Assembly (NCBI GenBank): GCA_963810915.1
Contig: CAWEPH010000004.1
Location: forward strand, 216,027-280,026
Direction: 5' to 3'
Origin: an uncultured Actinomycetes bacterium
Lineage (GTDB): Bacteria > Actinomycetota > UBA4738 > HRBIN12
Length of the DNA stretch: 64,000 nucleotides
Position numbers and translations under genes: made by a program. How positions within the stretch are numbered: the first letter of the stretch is position 1; each line of letters begins with the position of its first letter. The notes below the pieces were generated by a model, which searched no databases, was not told the origin of the DNA, and saw only the letters and a list, made by a program, of their open reading frames with translations. Shown here piece by piece: positions 28,385 to 38,154 of the stretch.

Positions 28385-28598
28385 TCAACCACCGCAGGCG
28401 CACGCTCCCCCGCAGGCGCAGCCGCCCCCGCTGGTGCGCGTCCGAGGCGCCGCCCGTCGCGAAGAGGGAGAACCGCCGCCGAACCCGGTCGCCGCCGCAC
28501 GCGGGGCACCGCAGCGCCGTGTCCACGGTGGCCGTCATGGAACGCCGCTCCTCGAAGGGGTGTTCGCAGGCCAGGCAGACGTACTCGTAGGTAGGCAT
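28385..28598 (-). pseudogene. FmdB-family zinc-ribbon protein, apparent frameshift near 28440
   Basis: MPTYEYVCLACEHPFE...CPACGG is the FmdB signature. The expected Gly/Cys tail (SGGGCACGGACACGG*) is in another frame and ends at 28385. The in-frame reading runs on as Arg-rich sequence to 28290. Confidence 0.55.
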
Positions 28599-28656
28599 CG
28601 TCCCGTTAACCGTACGTGTTCGCGGCGACACGAGCCAGCCCTCGCAGCGCCGGGGC

Positions 28657-28662
28657 TATCCT
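28657..28662 (+). promoter_or_regulatory. -10-like hexamer TATCCT, 6 nt before GTG 28669 (leaderless candidate)
   Basis: TANNNT box directly upstream of the start codon. Confidence 0.3.
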
Positions 28663-28668
28663 CCCGAT

Positions 28669-29244
28669 GTGGCTACCCTCACGGACGACGCCGACAGCGT
28701 GCTGGTCGTGATCGACGCCCAGCCCGGGTTCCTGGGCAAGCTCCGGCCCCCGGACGCCGACGCCGTCGTCGACCGGATCCGCTGGTTGGTGCGCCTCGCC
28801 ACGCTCCTGGACGTCCCCATCCTGGTGACCGAGGAGCAGCCCGAGCGCAACGGCTCCACGGCGGCCCCGATCGACGCCGCCTTGCCCACCGGGGCGTCAC
28901 GACACACGAAACCGGCGTTCGGGCTGGCCGCGTGCCCCCCGATCGTGGCGGCGTTGGAACGATACGGGCGGCGGACCGCGGTGCTGTGCGGGCTGGAGAC
29001 CGACGTCTGCGTGGCGCAGTCGGCCATCGGCTTGAAGGATGCCGGGTGGAAGGTCGTCGCGGTGGAGGATGCGGCCGCCTCGCCGGGCCCCGCACATGCA
29101 CAGGGACTCGCGCGGATGCGTGCGGCCGGCGTAGAGGTGGCCGGGGTCAAGGCGCTGGCCTACGAGTGGCTCCGTACGGTCGAGCGGACGGAGCGCGTGG
29201 AGCGGTTCCTCGAGACCGACGTCCCCATCGGCATCGTCCTGTGA
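28669..29244 (+). CDS. Isochorismatase-family cysteine hydrolase
   Basis: VLVVIDAQPGF, K in HTKPAF, and CGLETDVCV with the catalytic Cys. Confidence 0.85.
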   Translation: MATLTDDADSVLVVIDAQPGFLGKLRPPDADAVVDRIRWLVRLATLLDVPILVTEEQPERNGSTAAPIDAALPTGASRHTKPAFGLAACPPIVAALERYGRRTAVLCGLETDVCVAQSAIGLKDAGWKVVAVEDAAASPGPAHAQGLARMRAAGVEVAGVKALAYEWLRTVERTERVERFLETDVPIGIVL

Positions 29245-29293
29245 GGATGACCGCCGCTCGCGGCGCCCTGCCGGTTGTGGGACCTGCTCGAGA

Positions 29294-29821
29294 TCAGGCA
29301 GGAGCCTCGAGGCTCCGTGGGGTCACGAATCGGCTGATCGCGCCTGCGCCCGGTGCGAGCGACGCCCACGACCCGTCGGGCACGTCGATGCCCACGAGCG
29401 CGCCCGTCGGCAGTTTCTCCGCGACGGCGGCCCGCGCGGGTCCGCCCGGCGCGAGCATCAACGCGAGGTCCTGGAGGGCGGGGTTGTGACCCACCACCAT
29501 CACCGAGGTGACGGCGTCATCGATCTGGCGGAGACGTTCGAGCACGACCTCCGCGTCGAACGTGTAGAGGCCGGGTTCGATCCGCACCTCGAGCTCGGGC
29601 CCGAGCGAGGCGACGACCGCCGCGAGCGTCTGGCGTGCCCGCAGCCCCGATGAGCAGAGCACGAGCGCGGGGTTGATACCCGCGCTCGAGAGGTAGGCGG
29701 ACATCGCCGCCGCGGCGCGCGCGCCACGAGGGGCGAGCGGGCGGTCCTCGTCGGGGAGCGATGCGTCGTCCCAACTCGATTTCGCGTGACGCAGCAGCCA
29801 GATGTGTCGCATCAGGTGCAT
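29294..29821 (-). CDS. Histidine phosphatase family protein (SixA-like)
   Basis: LLRHAKSSW (RHG-type motif) and VVGHNP. Confidence 0.8.
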   Translation of the reverse strand: MHLMRHIWLLRHAKSSWDDASLPDEDRPLAPRGARAAAAMSAYLSSAGINPALVLCSSGLRARQTLAAVVASLGPELEVRIEPGLYTFDAEVVLERLRQIDDAVTSVMVVGHNPALQDLALMLAPGGPARAAVAEKLPTGALVGIDVPDGSWASLAPGAGAISRFVTPRSLEAPA

Positions 29822-29899
29822 CTCCTCCCGCGGCGGCCCTCATGCTGATAATGCCCTCATGCGTCACCGCCTGCCCATCCTCGCCGCACGAGACCGGTC

Positions 29900-30328
29900 G
29901 TGACGGGACCGCTGCGGATCACCCGGTCGGTGGTCGTTCCGGAGGGGGAGCTCCGCTGGCGATTCAGTCGCTCCTCCGGTCCCGGCGGTCAGTCCGTCAA
30001 CACCGCGGATTCTCGCGTGGAGCTCAGCCTGAACGTGGCGACCACGACAGCGCTCGGTCCCACGCAACGCACGCGGGCGCTCTCACGGCTCGCCGATCGT
30101 CTGGTCGACGGGGTGCTCACCGTGACCGCCTCAGAACACCGCTCGCAACTCCGGAACCGCGAGGCGGCCTCCGAGCGCCTCGCCGCACTCCTGCGGGCCG
30201 CGATCGCACCGCCTCCACCTGCGCGCAAGCCGACGAAGGCAACGCGCGCGGCCACCGAGCGACGCTTGGCAGCCAAGCGCCGCCGTGCCCGTACGAAGCG
30301 CCTGCGTCGCTCCGACGACGAAGACTGA
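29900..30328 (+). CDS. arfB: Alternative ribosome rescue factor ArfB (peptidyl-tRNA hydrolase)
   Basis: GPGGQSVN (GGQ) motif plus a basic C-terminal tail (KRRRARTKRLRR). Confidence 0.85.
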   Translation: MTGPLRITRSVVVPEGELRWRFSRSSGPGGQSVNTADSRVELSLNVATTTALGPTQRTRALSRLADRLVDGVLTVTASEHRSQLRNREAASERLAALLRAAIAPPPPARKPTKATRAATERRLAAKRRRARTKRLRRSDDED

Positions 30329-30381
30329 GCCCGCCGAGCCACCCGGCTGCCCGAAGGACCCTAGGGCGGCCGGCGGCCCGA

Positions 30382-32379
30382 TCAGGCCAGGACGGCGACC
30401 CCGTCGATCGAGAACGAGGGGTGCCCGCGAGAGCCCACGTTCACGAGACGGATCGTGTGCGCGCCCGTGCGGGTCCAGCTCAGCCGGAAGGTGACCTGTC
30501 GGTAGCCGTTGCGACGCGCGCGCTGGGAAAACGTCCCGCCGCGATGTCCGTCGACGACGACCCGCACCGATCCGAATCGCGGGCCGACGCGAGCCAGGAC
30601 GGCGACGGCCCTCCCGGACACGTGGAGCACCGCGGTGGCCCTCGCGCGCGTCGTGAGCCGGTACGTGTTGCCGAGCGCCTGGCGGTCGTGACGCTTCGAC
30701 CAACGGCCCTCGTAGGAGAGGCGCTTGTCGGCGAGCGTCGAGAGCGAGATCGCCGGGGCCGCGGTCCAGGCACTGGCGTTGCCCCACCCGTCGAGCGCCC
30801 GCACCTCCACGGCATAGGTGTGCCCGGGCGCCGCCGCGATCGTCGTGGAGGTCGACATGTCGTCGGTCGCGAGCGTCGACCACGCGCCGCCGTCGGTCGA
30901 CGTCCGGACGTCGTAACCGTTCACCGAGTCCGCGGCATCCTTGGCGGCCCAGACGACGCGCACCGACGCAGGCTTCCCTCGCTTCGGGAGCTGCTGCGGC
31001 GAGGCGAACGAGATCCGCGGGGCCATCGTGAAGGTGGGTGGGGTGGCGTCGGGCGGCTTGGCCACCGTCACGGTGGCTCCGCTCGGCTTCAGGTCGTCCA
31101 CGCGGATCGCCCAGTTCGTGGCGGGATCCACCCAGGCGTGGCCGGGGCGCAGGACGGCGTTCGTGACGTCGCCGTCGGCGGGCGTCATGTCGAGGAAGTC
31201 CGAACCACCGTTGCTCACGTCGGGTAGGTGCAACAGCACACCGGTCGTCGCACCGGCCGGGAGCCAGGAGTCGATCCCGCTCGCCCGTCGATACTCGATC
31301 CAGATGTCGTGTGGCGTTCCCGGCAATCGCAGCCCCTGGATCGCCTCGGTTCGTTGTTCCAACGGCGCGATCAGATAGGTCCCGCCTCCGCTGTCGGCGG
31401 TCTGCTTGCGGCCCTGCATCCAGCCCAGTCGGTTGGCCTGCGATGCATTGAACCGACCTACACCACCCCAGAACGATCCACCCATCGCGTCGAACGGATC
31501 GCCGTACTCGCTGAGCGTGCAGGACGTCGACCAGGGCACAGCCGTGCTCGCCTGGGTGCAGGCGACCGAGTGCGCGTGATACAGCCCGAGGTTGTGGCCG
31601 AGCTCGTGCACGGTTACGCGCGTGTCGAGGTAGCCGTTGATCCAGACCTGACCCCACCCGACGCCCGCCATACCGGCGAACCCGCAGTCAGACGTGTACG
31701 GGAAGTAGACGAGCAGGTGGTCGTACGTGCCCAGGTTCCATCCGGCGCTCGTCGCCGCCGACTGAGCGTTCGACATGATGCTGCCGGTCGCACAGCCGCT
31801 GGGCGTCGGGATCGTGAGCCAGTTCGTGGCGGATGCGGTCATCCGTACCTGGCCGTAGGAGGCGTCGTCGTACCAGGCGTCGTTCACGTCCTTGAGCTGG
31901 TGGACGGCCGACGTCGGTGTCACCGAGTCGGGTGCCGTCCAGTCGACGAGGATCGCGAGCACCGAGTGGGTGACGGGCGCCAGTCGCGCGGCGGCGGGCG
32001 CAGCCGTGCTCTGGGTGGCGGCGCCCGCGACCGGTACGACCGAGTCCGCGTCCAGTCGGGAGCCGCTCAGGGTGCCGTCGACCTCGACGCGCGTGCCTGA
32101 GGGGAAGTTCGGGGGATCGCCGCCGCGTTGCAGCAGGTACGACGTGCCGCCGGCGACGACGTAGTGATCCGTGCGGCCCCAGTCGTATCCGTCCACGGCC
32201 ACGGCACGGTAGGTGCCCGTGAGATGCACACGACGGGGTCCCGCGGAGGCTTCCTGCACGCCGGCGAGCAGCAGGACGAGCACCGCGCAGACGGCGGCGA
32301 CGGTCGTTGGTGGGCGCACGCGCGTGCGGCGCAGGGGGGACGCTCCCACGATCACCTCTCTCCCAGAGTGTGTCGACAA
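30382..32379 (-). CDS. Secreted metzincin metalloprotease (gametolysin/M11-like) with FN3 and a C-terminal beta-sandwich module
   Basis: Signal/anchor, HELGHNLGLYH zinc motif, an FN3-like segment, and a C-terminal module related to the GH25 protein tail. Confidence 0.8.
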   Translation of the reverse strand: MSTHSGREVIVGASPLRRTRVRPPTTVAAVCAVLVLLLAGVQEASAGPRRVHLTGTYRAVAVDGYDWGRTDHYVVAGGTSYLLQRGGDPPNFPSGTRVEVDGTLSGSRLDADSVVPVAGAATQSTAAPAAARLAPVTHSVLAILVDWTAPDSVTPTSAVHQLKDVNDAWYDDASYGQVRMTASATNWLTIPTPSGCATGSIMSNAQSAATSAGWNLGTYDHLLVYFPYTSDCGFAGMAGVGWGQVWINGYLDTRVTVHELGHNLGLYHAHSVACTQASTAVPWSTSCTLSEYGDPFDAMGGSFWGGVGRFNASQANRLGWMQGRKQTADSGGGTYLIAPLEQRTEAIQGLRLPGTPHDIWIEYRRASGIDSWLPAGATTGVLLHLPDVSNGGSDFLDMTPADGDVTNAVLRPGHAWVDPATNWAIRVDDLKPSGATVTVAKPPDATPPTFTMAPRISFASPQQLPKRGKPASVRVVWAAKDAADSVNGYDVRTSTDGGAWSTLATDDMSTSTTIAAAPGHTYAVEVRALDGWGNASAWTAAPAISLSTLADKRLSYEGRWSKRHDRQALGNTYRLTTRARATAVLHVSGRAVAVLARVGPRFGSVRVVVDGHRGGTFSQRARRNGYRQVTFRLSWTRTGAHTIRLVNVGSRGHPSFSIDGVAVLA

Positions 32380-32483
32380 TCCGCGCCCGATTCCTTAGCG
32401 GCGCGTCAGGCGGGATCCCGATCCCCATCCGCGGGATGGAGGCCGCCGACGATGTGGGCACGCGACGCCCCGACCTCGGCGCC

Positions 32484-32489
32484 TAGACT
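32484..32489 (+). promoter_or_regulatory. -10-like hexamer TAGACT, 6 nt before ATG 32496 (leaderless candidate)
   Basis: TANNNT box directly upstream of the start codon. Confidence 0.35.
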
Positions 32490-32495
32490 CCGGGC

Positions 32496-33461
32496 ATGTC
32501 GACATCGACCGATGAGAACGAGCTGCTCGTGCTCGGGCGGTCCGAACTCGAGAACCTCGAGATCACGTGGAACGAGGTCGTGGACGTGCTCGACGACGCG
32601 TTCGGCCAGAAGGCGGCGGGCCTCGTGCAGAACCCGCCCAAGCCCGCGGTGCGACCCAGACCGGACGCGTTCATCAACGCGATGCCCGCGTACCTGGGCG
32701 GCTCTGATCGGGTGGGGATCAAGTGGGTCGCGGGCTTCGAGGGTAACCGGGCGAAGGGTCTCCCCTACATCTACGGGGTCTTCCTCCTCAGCGACGCCGA
32801 GACGGGACGGCCCCAGGCCCTGATCGACGGCGGCTGGATCACCGAGATGCGGACCGCCGGCGCCTCGGGCGTCGTCATGCGGCACATCGTTGACCAGCCG
32901 CGGCGGCTCGCGATCGTCGGCGCGGGTGTCCAGGGCCTTCGCCACCTCGATCTCTTGCTCGAGATGCGACCGGGTATCGAGGAGGTGCGCGTGTTCGACG
33001 CACGTGCCGGGGCGTCGGCACGCATGCTGGCGCGTGTCGGCGACAGGAACGTGGTCGTCGCCGATACGCCGGGTGATGCGCTCGATGGCGCCGACCTCGT
33101 GATGACCGCCGTCACCGTGCCGCTCGATCCTCGCCTCGATGCGGGGGCCACCCATCCCGATGCGGTCCTGTTGCCGATCGACTACGACGATGCGCTCGGA
33201 GCGCCGGCCGCGAACGGCTCCGCCCTGTTCGTCGTGGACGACCTCGGGCAATACGCGTCGGTGTCGGATCTGCACTTCACGGGGTTCCGCGAGCCCGACG
33301 GGGAACTCGCGCAGGTGGTGAGCGGCGCCCTGCCGGTGCCGAGCAGCGGGCGACGGGTGTTCCTGAACATGGGGATCGCGATGGACGACGTTGCGCTCGG
33401 AGCCCTGTGCCACGAGCGTGCGCGCGAGCGCGGGATCGGGAGGATCGTCCGGTTCCCCTGA
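32496..33461 (+). CDS. Ornithine cyclodeaminase / mu-crystallin family protein
   Basis: MPAYL..., WITEMRTAGASG and a Rossmann motif LAIVGAGVQG. Confidence 0.85.
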   Translation: MSTSTDENELLVLGRSELENLEITWNEVVDVLDDAFGQKAAGLVQNPPKPAVRPRPDAFINAMPAYLGGSDRVGIKWVAGFEGNRAKGLPYIYGVFLLSDAETGRPQALIDGGWITEMRTAGASGVVMRHIVDQPRRLAIVGAGVQGLRHLDLLLEMRPGIEEVRVFDARAGASARMLARVGDRNVVVADTPGDALDGADLVMTAVTVPLDPRLDAGATHPDAVLLPIDYDDALGAPAANGSALFVVDDLGQYASVSDLHFTGFREPDGELAQVVSGALPVPSSGRRVFLNMGIAMDDVALGALCHERARERGIGRIVRFP

Positions 33462-33540
33462 TATCCGTTGCCCTGGAGTCACCGCCGAGGCCGGTGGTAG
33501 GGTCGGAAGGGCGGACCACGCACGTACGGAGGGATCCAGC

Positions 33541-34206
33541 ATGAACCGCATCCGTCGGGTGCTCGGCGCCTCGGTGGTGGTGTCGACGGCGCTCTTCCTG
33601 GTGGGCGCCCCACCCGTCGTCGCGGCCTCGAGGGTGGCGTGGTGGCACATGAACGCGGCCACCGGTCCGATGATCGACGCATCCGGGTCGGGGAACGACG
33701 GCACGCTCGAGGGCATCCGGCGGGTCGCGCCCGGCTACAACGGGAGGGGGCGCGCCTACCGCTTCAACGGCAGGAGCTCGCGCGTCGTGGTCGTCAACGA
33801 TGCCAGCCTCAACCCCGGCACGAGGAACATCACGCTCATCGCGCACGTGAAGACGAGCGTGCAGCCGCCGCCCTCGGTCGGGGACTACGACGTGGTGCGC
33901 AAGGGCAGCGGCATCTACAAGATGGAGATCATGGGCTCGGGCCAGGCCTCCTGCAGGTTCGAAGGGTCGAGCGGCGGTGTCTCCATCCAGGCGGGACCGA
34001 ACGTCGCGGACGGGCATTGGCACGCAGTCACGTGCCGGAAGTCTCGGTCGCGGATCACGCTCACGGTGGATGGTAGGTCCTGGTCGAACGAAGGCCGCGC
34101 GGGATCCATCTCGAGTCGCTCGTCCCTGGTCCTCGGAGGGAAGCCGAACGCATCGGGTGACTGGTACCGCGGCGTGATGGACGAGGTCAGCATCGCGATC
34201 GGCTGA
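33541..34206 (+). CDS. Secreted LamG / concanavalin-A-like lectin domain protein
   Basis: GGAGGGA lies upstream. Signal peptide, then WWHMN...GSGNDGTL...GHWHAVTC...GVMDEVSI, typical of Laminin_G_3. Confidence 0.75.
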   Translation: MNRIRRVLGASVVVSTALFLVGAPPVVAASRVAWWHMNAATGPMIDASGSGNDGTLEGIRRVAPGYNGRGRAYRFNGRSSRVVVVNDASLNPGTRNITLIAHVKTSVQPPPSVGDYDVVRKGSGIYKMEIMGSGQASCRFEGSSGGVSIQAGPNVADGHWHAVTCRKSRSRITLTVDGRSWSNEGRAGSISSRSSLVLGGKPNASGDWYRGVMDEVSIAIG

Positions 34207-34331
34207 GCCCACTGTTCAAGTTCGGTCGATCCGGACCCGCAGGGGTGATTCGGGTCATGGTTTCCCACCTTTGACATGGATCGGGGAGCGCGCTCAGAGG
34301 GCTTCAAGGCACGCTTAGGCCCGGCGCGGGG

Positions 34332-35510
34332 TCAGGCGCCCAGTCGGCGCTCGAGCGGCGTGGTGAACCGGGGCCTGATCCGGACGTCGCCGAACCACGC
34401 GGCCAGGCGGTCGCGCTCGGCATCCAGCATCTCCACGACGCGCGGTGCGACGGGCTCCAACAGGTGCATGCGGATCTCCCCGTCCCGGGCCTGGCTCCAC
34501 CCGCCGATCGCGCGGCCGTCCGACCACACCGTCGGCCCCGCGTTCCCGTTGCGGTCGAACAGGACCTCGGCGTGAGGGCCGAGATACCACGATCGTTCCT
34601 TCCATCCCATCGCCGTGGGATCCAGAGCGGGGAGGAACGCCACCCACGGCCTCGGCGCTCGCGCCTTCCCGAGATCGTCGGGAAGCACGAAGCCGATCCC
34701 TTCGTCGAGCTCGACCTCGATGGCGTCGAGCGCACGCAACGTGGCCTTCGTCAGGCGCTGCGTCCAGCCCGTCCACCACGCGATGTCGATGAGGGTCGCA
34801 GGCCCGAAGGACCGGAGCCAGCGGGCGAGGAGCGCGCGGCAGGCGTCGGCGTGGGGGATCAGGGGCAAGCCGCCGCTCAGCCAACGCTCCGTGCGCGTCC
34901 AACGGTACTGGCCGGAGGTCCACCGTCCCCGGGGGCGGGCCCGCACGACCCGGCCCTCCGTCGCGAGCAAGAAGAGCACGCGCGTGGACACTCCCATCGT
35001 TCCGCCCCAAGACTTCCCCTCCCCGAAGTGCAGCTTGATGCCCAGCTCCGGCACCCGACGGGTCAGCTCCGCCGCCGCCGCCTCCCCGGCCGCGTCGAGC
35101 GCCTCGAGCGTGCGCCGTGAAACGTCACCGAGCCACGCGCCCCCGTCTTCGGCCACGCCCTGATCCTCGAGCAGACGGATCAGCCGCGTTCGCTGCGCGG
35201 GGGCCAGCGCCTTGGTGCAGGCCGCATCCATCACGCCCGCGAGCTCTCGCGGGACGACGAAGAGCGTGCGACGCATCCCAAGCATCCGTACGAGGCTTCG
35301 CCGCTCATACAGGGCGTCCTCCAGGTCTTCGGGCACGAAGCGGCGCACGCGCGCGCGGGCCGAGAGGAAGACGGAGGCCGGGTCGCTCGAGTGCAGCGCA
35401 ACCATCGCCTCGGTCGCTTCACCCACGGACCGTGCCGGGCGCGCGAGGGCGTGGCGGACGCCCAGGCGCGCGCGACGCTCGTCGACCCCGATCTTCCGCA
35501 CGGAGCACAA
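34332..35510 (-). CDS. Winged-helix DNA-binding protein, YcaQ/DUF1006 family (crosslink-repair glycosylase-like)
   Basis: Overall match to the YcaQ family (ALHSSDPASVFLS..., LVRMLGMRRTLFVVP...). The start is TTG 35510 or GTG 35501; the latter is preceded by TAGGTT. Confidence 0.75.
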   Translation of the reverse strand: MCSVRKIGVDERRARLGVRHALARPARSVGEATEAMVALHSSDPASVFLSARARVRRFVPEDLEDALYERRSLVRMLGMRRTLFVVPRELAGVMDAACTKALAPAQRTRLIRLLEDQGVAEDGGAWLGDVSRRTLEALDAAGEAAAAELTRRVPELGIKLHFGEGKSWGGTMGVSTRVLFLLATEGRVVRARPRGRWTSGQYRWTRTERWLSGGLPLIPHADACRALLARWLRSFGPATLIDIAWWTGWTQRLTKATLRALDAIEVELDEGIGFVLPDDLGKARAPRPWVAFLPALDPTAMGWKERSWYLGPHAEVLFDRNGNAGPTVWSDGRAIGGWSQARDGEIRMHLLEPVAPRVVEMLDAERDRLAAWFGDVRIRPRFTTPLERRLGA

Positions 35511-35543
35511 CCTACCGTGAGCCGAGCCGAGGCCCGCTCCGTG

Positions 35544-35549
35544 TAGCGT
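35544..35549 (+). promoter_or_regulatory. -10-like hexamer TAGCGT, 7 nt before GTG 35557 (leaderless candidate)
   Basis: TANNNT box directly upstream of the start codon. Confidence 0.3.
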
Positions 35550-35556
35550 CCTGCGA

Positions 35557-36282
35557 GTGAACGCACCGGAGGTCGGTCATGCGACGAACGAGCGCGGCGA
35601 TCGCTCGATCCCGAAGTTCATCTCACGTCCCGGCCTCGCGTGGGCGCTCGCGTGTGCGTTCGCCCTGGGCGTGTGGATCCTCGCGCTCGCCGTGAACCTC
35701 CGTGGAGGCCGGCCGTTCGCGGTCGACACCGCGTGGTTGCGCAGGATGCTCGACCTCCGCGACCCCGTGGCCACCGCGGTGGCCGACGTGTTGAACGTCG
35801 TGGGAAGAGCCCCCACGAGCTGGCTGATCCGTGGAGCCGTCACCCTGTGGCTGCTCTTGGGTCGACGGAGGTGGGCCGCGCTCGCCTTCGCACTGACCTG
35901 GCTCGGAGCCGCCCTCACATCCACCGTCGTCAAAGCGCTCGTCGACCGCCCGCGGCCGCCGGCGTCGCTCTCCTTGGTGCACGTGGGTTCGGCGAGCTTC
36001 CCGTCGGGCCACGTCCTGGCGATGGCCTCGAGCGTCCTCGTCCTCGTGCTGGTCCTGGTGCCGCCCGGGCGGCGCACCTGGTGGTTCGTCCTGATCGCCG
36101 TCGCCACGATGACGATGGCATGGTCGCGCACCTACCTCGGCGTGCATTGGCTGACCGATACGGCCGCCGGCGCGCTCCTCGGCTGGACGCTGGCCCTCGT
36201 CGCCACGCTCCTGACGCAGGGCCTGCGCGTGCGTCGACCTAGCGAGAGCCTCGCTCGTCGAACCGCCGTCCCGCCGCCGTGA
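35557..36282 (+). CDS. PAP2 family membrane phosphatase
   Basis: KALVDRPRP, PSGH and SRTYLGVHWLTD, the three PAP2 motifs. Confidence 0.8.
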   Translation: MNAPEVGHATNERGDRSIPKFISRPGLAWALACAFALGVWILALAVNLRGGRPFAVDTAWLRRMLDLRDPVATAVADVLNVVGRAPTSWLIRGAVTLWLLLGRRRWAALAFALTWLGAALTSTVVKALVDRPRPPASLSLVHVGSASFPSGHVLAMASSVLVLVLVLVPPGRRTWWFVLIAVATMTMAWSRTYLGVHWLTDTAAGALLGWTLALVATLLTQGLRVRRPSESLARRTAVPPP

Positions 36283-36826
36283 CCGTCTTGCCACAGGCGC
36301 TCCCCAGCAACGCGCCGGCCACCACGTCCCCAGGGAAATGCACGCCCGTGTGCACCCGTGAGTACGCGACGGCGAGCGCAAGCAGGCGGAGTGGGATCCA
36401 CAGCAAGGGCAACCGCGCCCCCACGGCGGAGCTGAACGCGTACGCGGATGCGGCATGCCCCGAAGGGAACGACGTGGAGGTGGGCATGCGGACCGACCGT
36501 TCCACGGGGAAGGGTCGGTCGTCGCGCTCGCGGATGGGCCGCGGCCGGTCGGCCAGGTTCTTGGCGGCCAGGTTCGCGACCGACGACGCCAACCCGATCG
36601 CCGCGACGCCCTCCAGCGCTGCCCGCCGTCCTCGACGTCCACCCACGACGGCCAGGGCTGCCGCGATCCCCAGCCATAACTTCGAGTGGTTCGCGAGATC
36701 CGAGAGATCGGCGAGCGTCTCGTCGAGGGCATCCGTCGGGGTGCTCGCGACCGCCTCGTACACGGCGCCGTCGATCTGGTCGACCTGCGTGAGGATCTCG
36801 CGCCAGAGCTCGGGGCTGTCGTTCAT
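36239..36826 (-). CDS. PAP2 family membrane phosphatase (second copy)
   Basis: KNLADRPRP, PSGH and SRVHTGVHFPGD. ATG 36826 overlaps the upstream stop (ATGA). Confidence 0.8.
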   Translation of the reverse strand: MNDSPELWREILTQVDQIDGAVYEAVASTPTDALDETLADLSDLANHSKLWLGIAAALAVVGGRRGRRAALEGVAAIGLASSVANLAAKNLADRPRPIRERDDRPFPVERSVRMPTSTSFPSGHAASAYAFSSAVGARLPLLWIPLRLLALAVAYSRVHTGVHFPGDVVAGALLGSACGKTVTAAGRRFDERGSR

Positions 36827-38154
36827 CCGCCGGTATGCGCAGAGCGCCCGAGCGCGACGGCCCACAGGTCCTTCAGCGTCTCCACGGAGCCGGAGCGCGG
36901 CGGCGGTGGGAGGCCCGGACGATCGTGCGGCAGCCGGATCCTGAGGACGCCGGGACGCACGCTCACCTCGAGAGGAGAAGGGAACTGGAGGTACTCGCCG
37001 TCGACGCCGGCCGCGATCGTCTCGGCGGCGGAGTCGATCGTGATCGACGCGGCGGTCCATCGCGTGAGGCCGGTGGCATCGGCACCTGCCCCGCGTTCGA
37101 GCGCACCCACCATCCGCGAGAGTTCACGCGGTGTGTCGTAGCTGATCACGTCGATCCCTAGCTCTCCGGTGTCGAGGCGGGGACGGGTGCCCGCGGTCTT
37201 CACGCCCCGGTACTCGTAGGGATTGTTCGCGAGTTGGATGAGCTGCGGCGACTTCACCGTGTCGCCCTCGGGGGTCTGGACGCGGAGCCCGCTGTCGGAC
37301 TCCGGCGCGGCGACCTGTGGGAGCTTAGCGAGGACGGTCGTGAGTTTGGCGTCGCGGTACTCGGGGCTGCTGATGATCTCGGCGTAGATCCCCAGCGAGA
37401 CGTTGTTGACGAACGGTCTACCCGCGATCTGCCCCAGATCGACCCGGATCTCCACGCCCTCCTCGCCGAGCGCCTCGAGCGCCTTGCGCGGGTCGTCCCG
37501 ATCGAGTCCCAGGTCGAGGGCGAAGTGGTTCCGGGTTCCAGCGGGGATCACGAGGACGGGCAGGTCGTGCGCCACGGCCACCTCCGCGACGAGCGCCTGC
37601 GTCCCGTCGCCGCCGGCCGCCCCCAGCAGGTCCGCCCCTTGAGCGACCGCCTCCTCGAGCGCCCCCACCACGTCGAGGCCCCGCTCCAACAGCACGACCT
37701 CGCCACCCTTGGCCCGCGCCATCTCGTCGAGCCCGAAGTCCCCGACCTTGCCCCCTCCGGACTTCGGGTTCATCAGGAAGAACGGCTTGGAGGGGGGCGG
37801 CGTGCGGACCTCGGGCGGACGGTAGGGGTCACGGTGGAGCGCGCGTGCGGCGAGTGCCTGAGCGACGACGATCAGCAGGAGCACGGCGATGATCGCGCGG
37901 CCGAGTTCGCCGGCGAACAGCGCCCCGATCGCGATGGCGATCGCGAGGATGAGCACCACCACCCCCACGATCCGTCGTCCGCCCGTGTGCGTGACCGCCT
38001 CGAGGAGGCCCCCGGTGCCGACCGAGATCGCGACGAGCGCGAGGACGACGGCCAGAGGTTCGGCCACGATGTTGGCGAACCCGACCAGGAAGGCAGCGAG
38101 GTACAGGAGGAAGGCCGCAAGGGCGTAGAGCCGACGCTTCAGGGGTGCGTGCAT
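36823..38154 (-). CDS. Membrane-anchored diacylglycerol/lipid kinase family protein
   Basis: N-terminal TM helices, then the DAGK catalytic pattern (FFLMNPKSGGG, GGDGT, IPAGTRNHFA). Confidence 0.8.
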   Translation of the reverse strand: MHAPLKRRLYALAAFLLYLAAFLVGFANIVAEPLAVVLALVAISVGTGGLLEAVTHTGGRRIVGVVVLILAIAIAIGALFAGELGRAIIAVLLLIVVAQALAARALHRDPYRPPEVRTPPPSKPFFLMNPKSGGGKVGDFGLDEMARAKGGEVVLLERGLDVVGALEEAVAQGADLLGAAGGDGTQALVAEVAVAHDLPVLVIPAGTRNHFALDLGLDRDDPRKALEALGEEGVEIRVDLGQIAGRPFVNNVSLGIYAEIISSPEYRDAKLTTVLAKLPQVAAPESDSGLRVQTPEGDTVKSPQLIQLANNPYEYRGVKTAGTRPRLDTGELGIDVISYDTPRELSRMVGALERGAGADATGLTRWTAASITIDSAAETIAAGVDGEYLQFPSPLEVSVRPGVLRIRLPHDRPGLPPPPRSGSVETLKDLWAVALGRSAHTGG

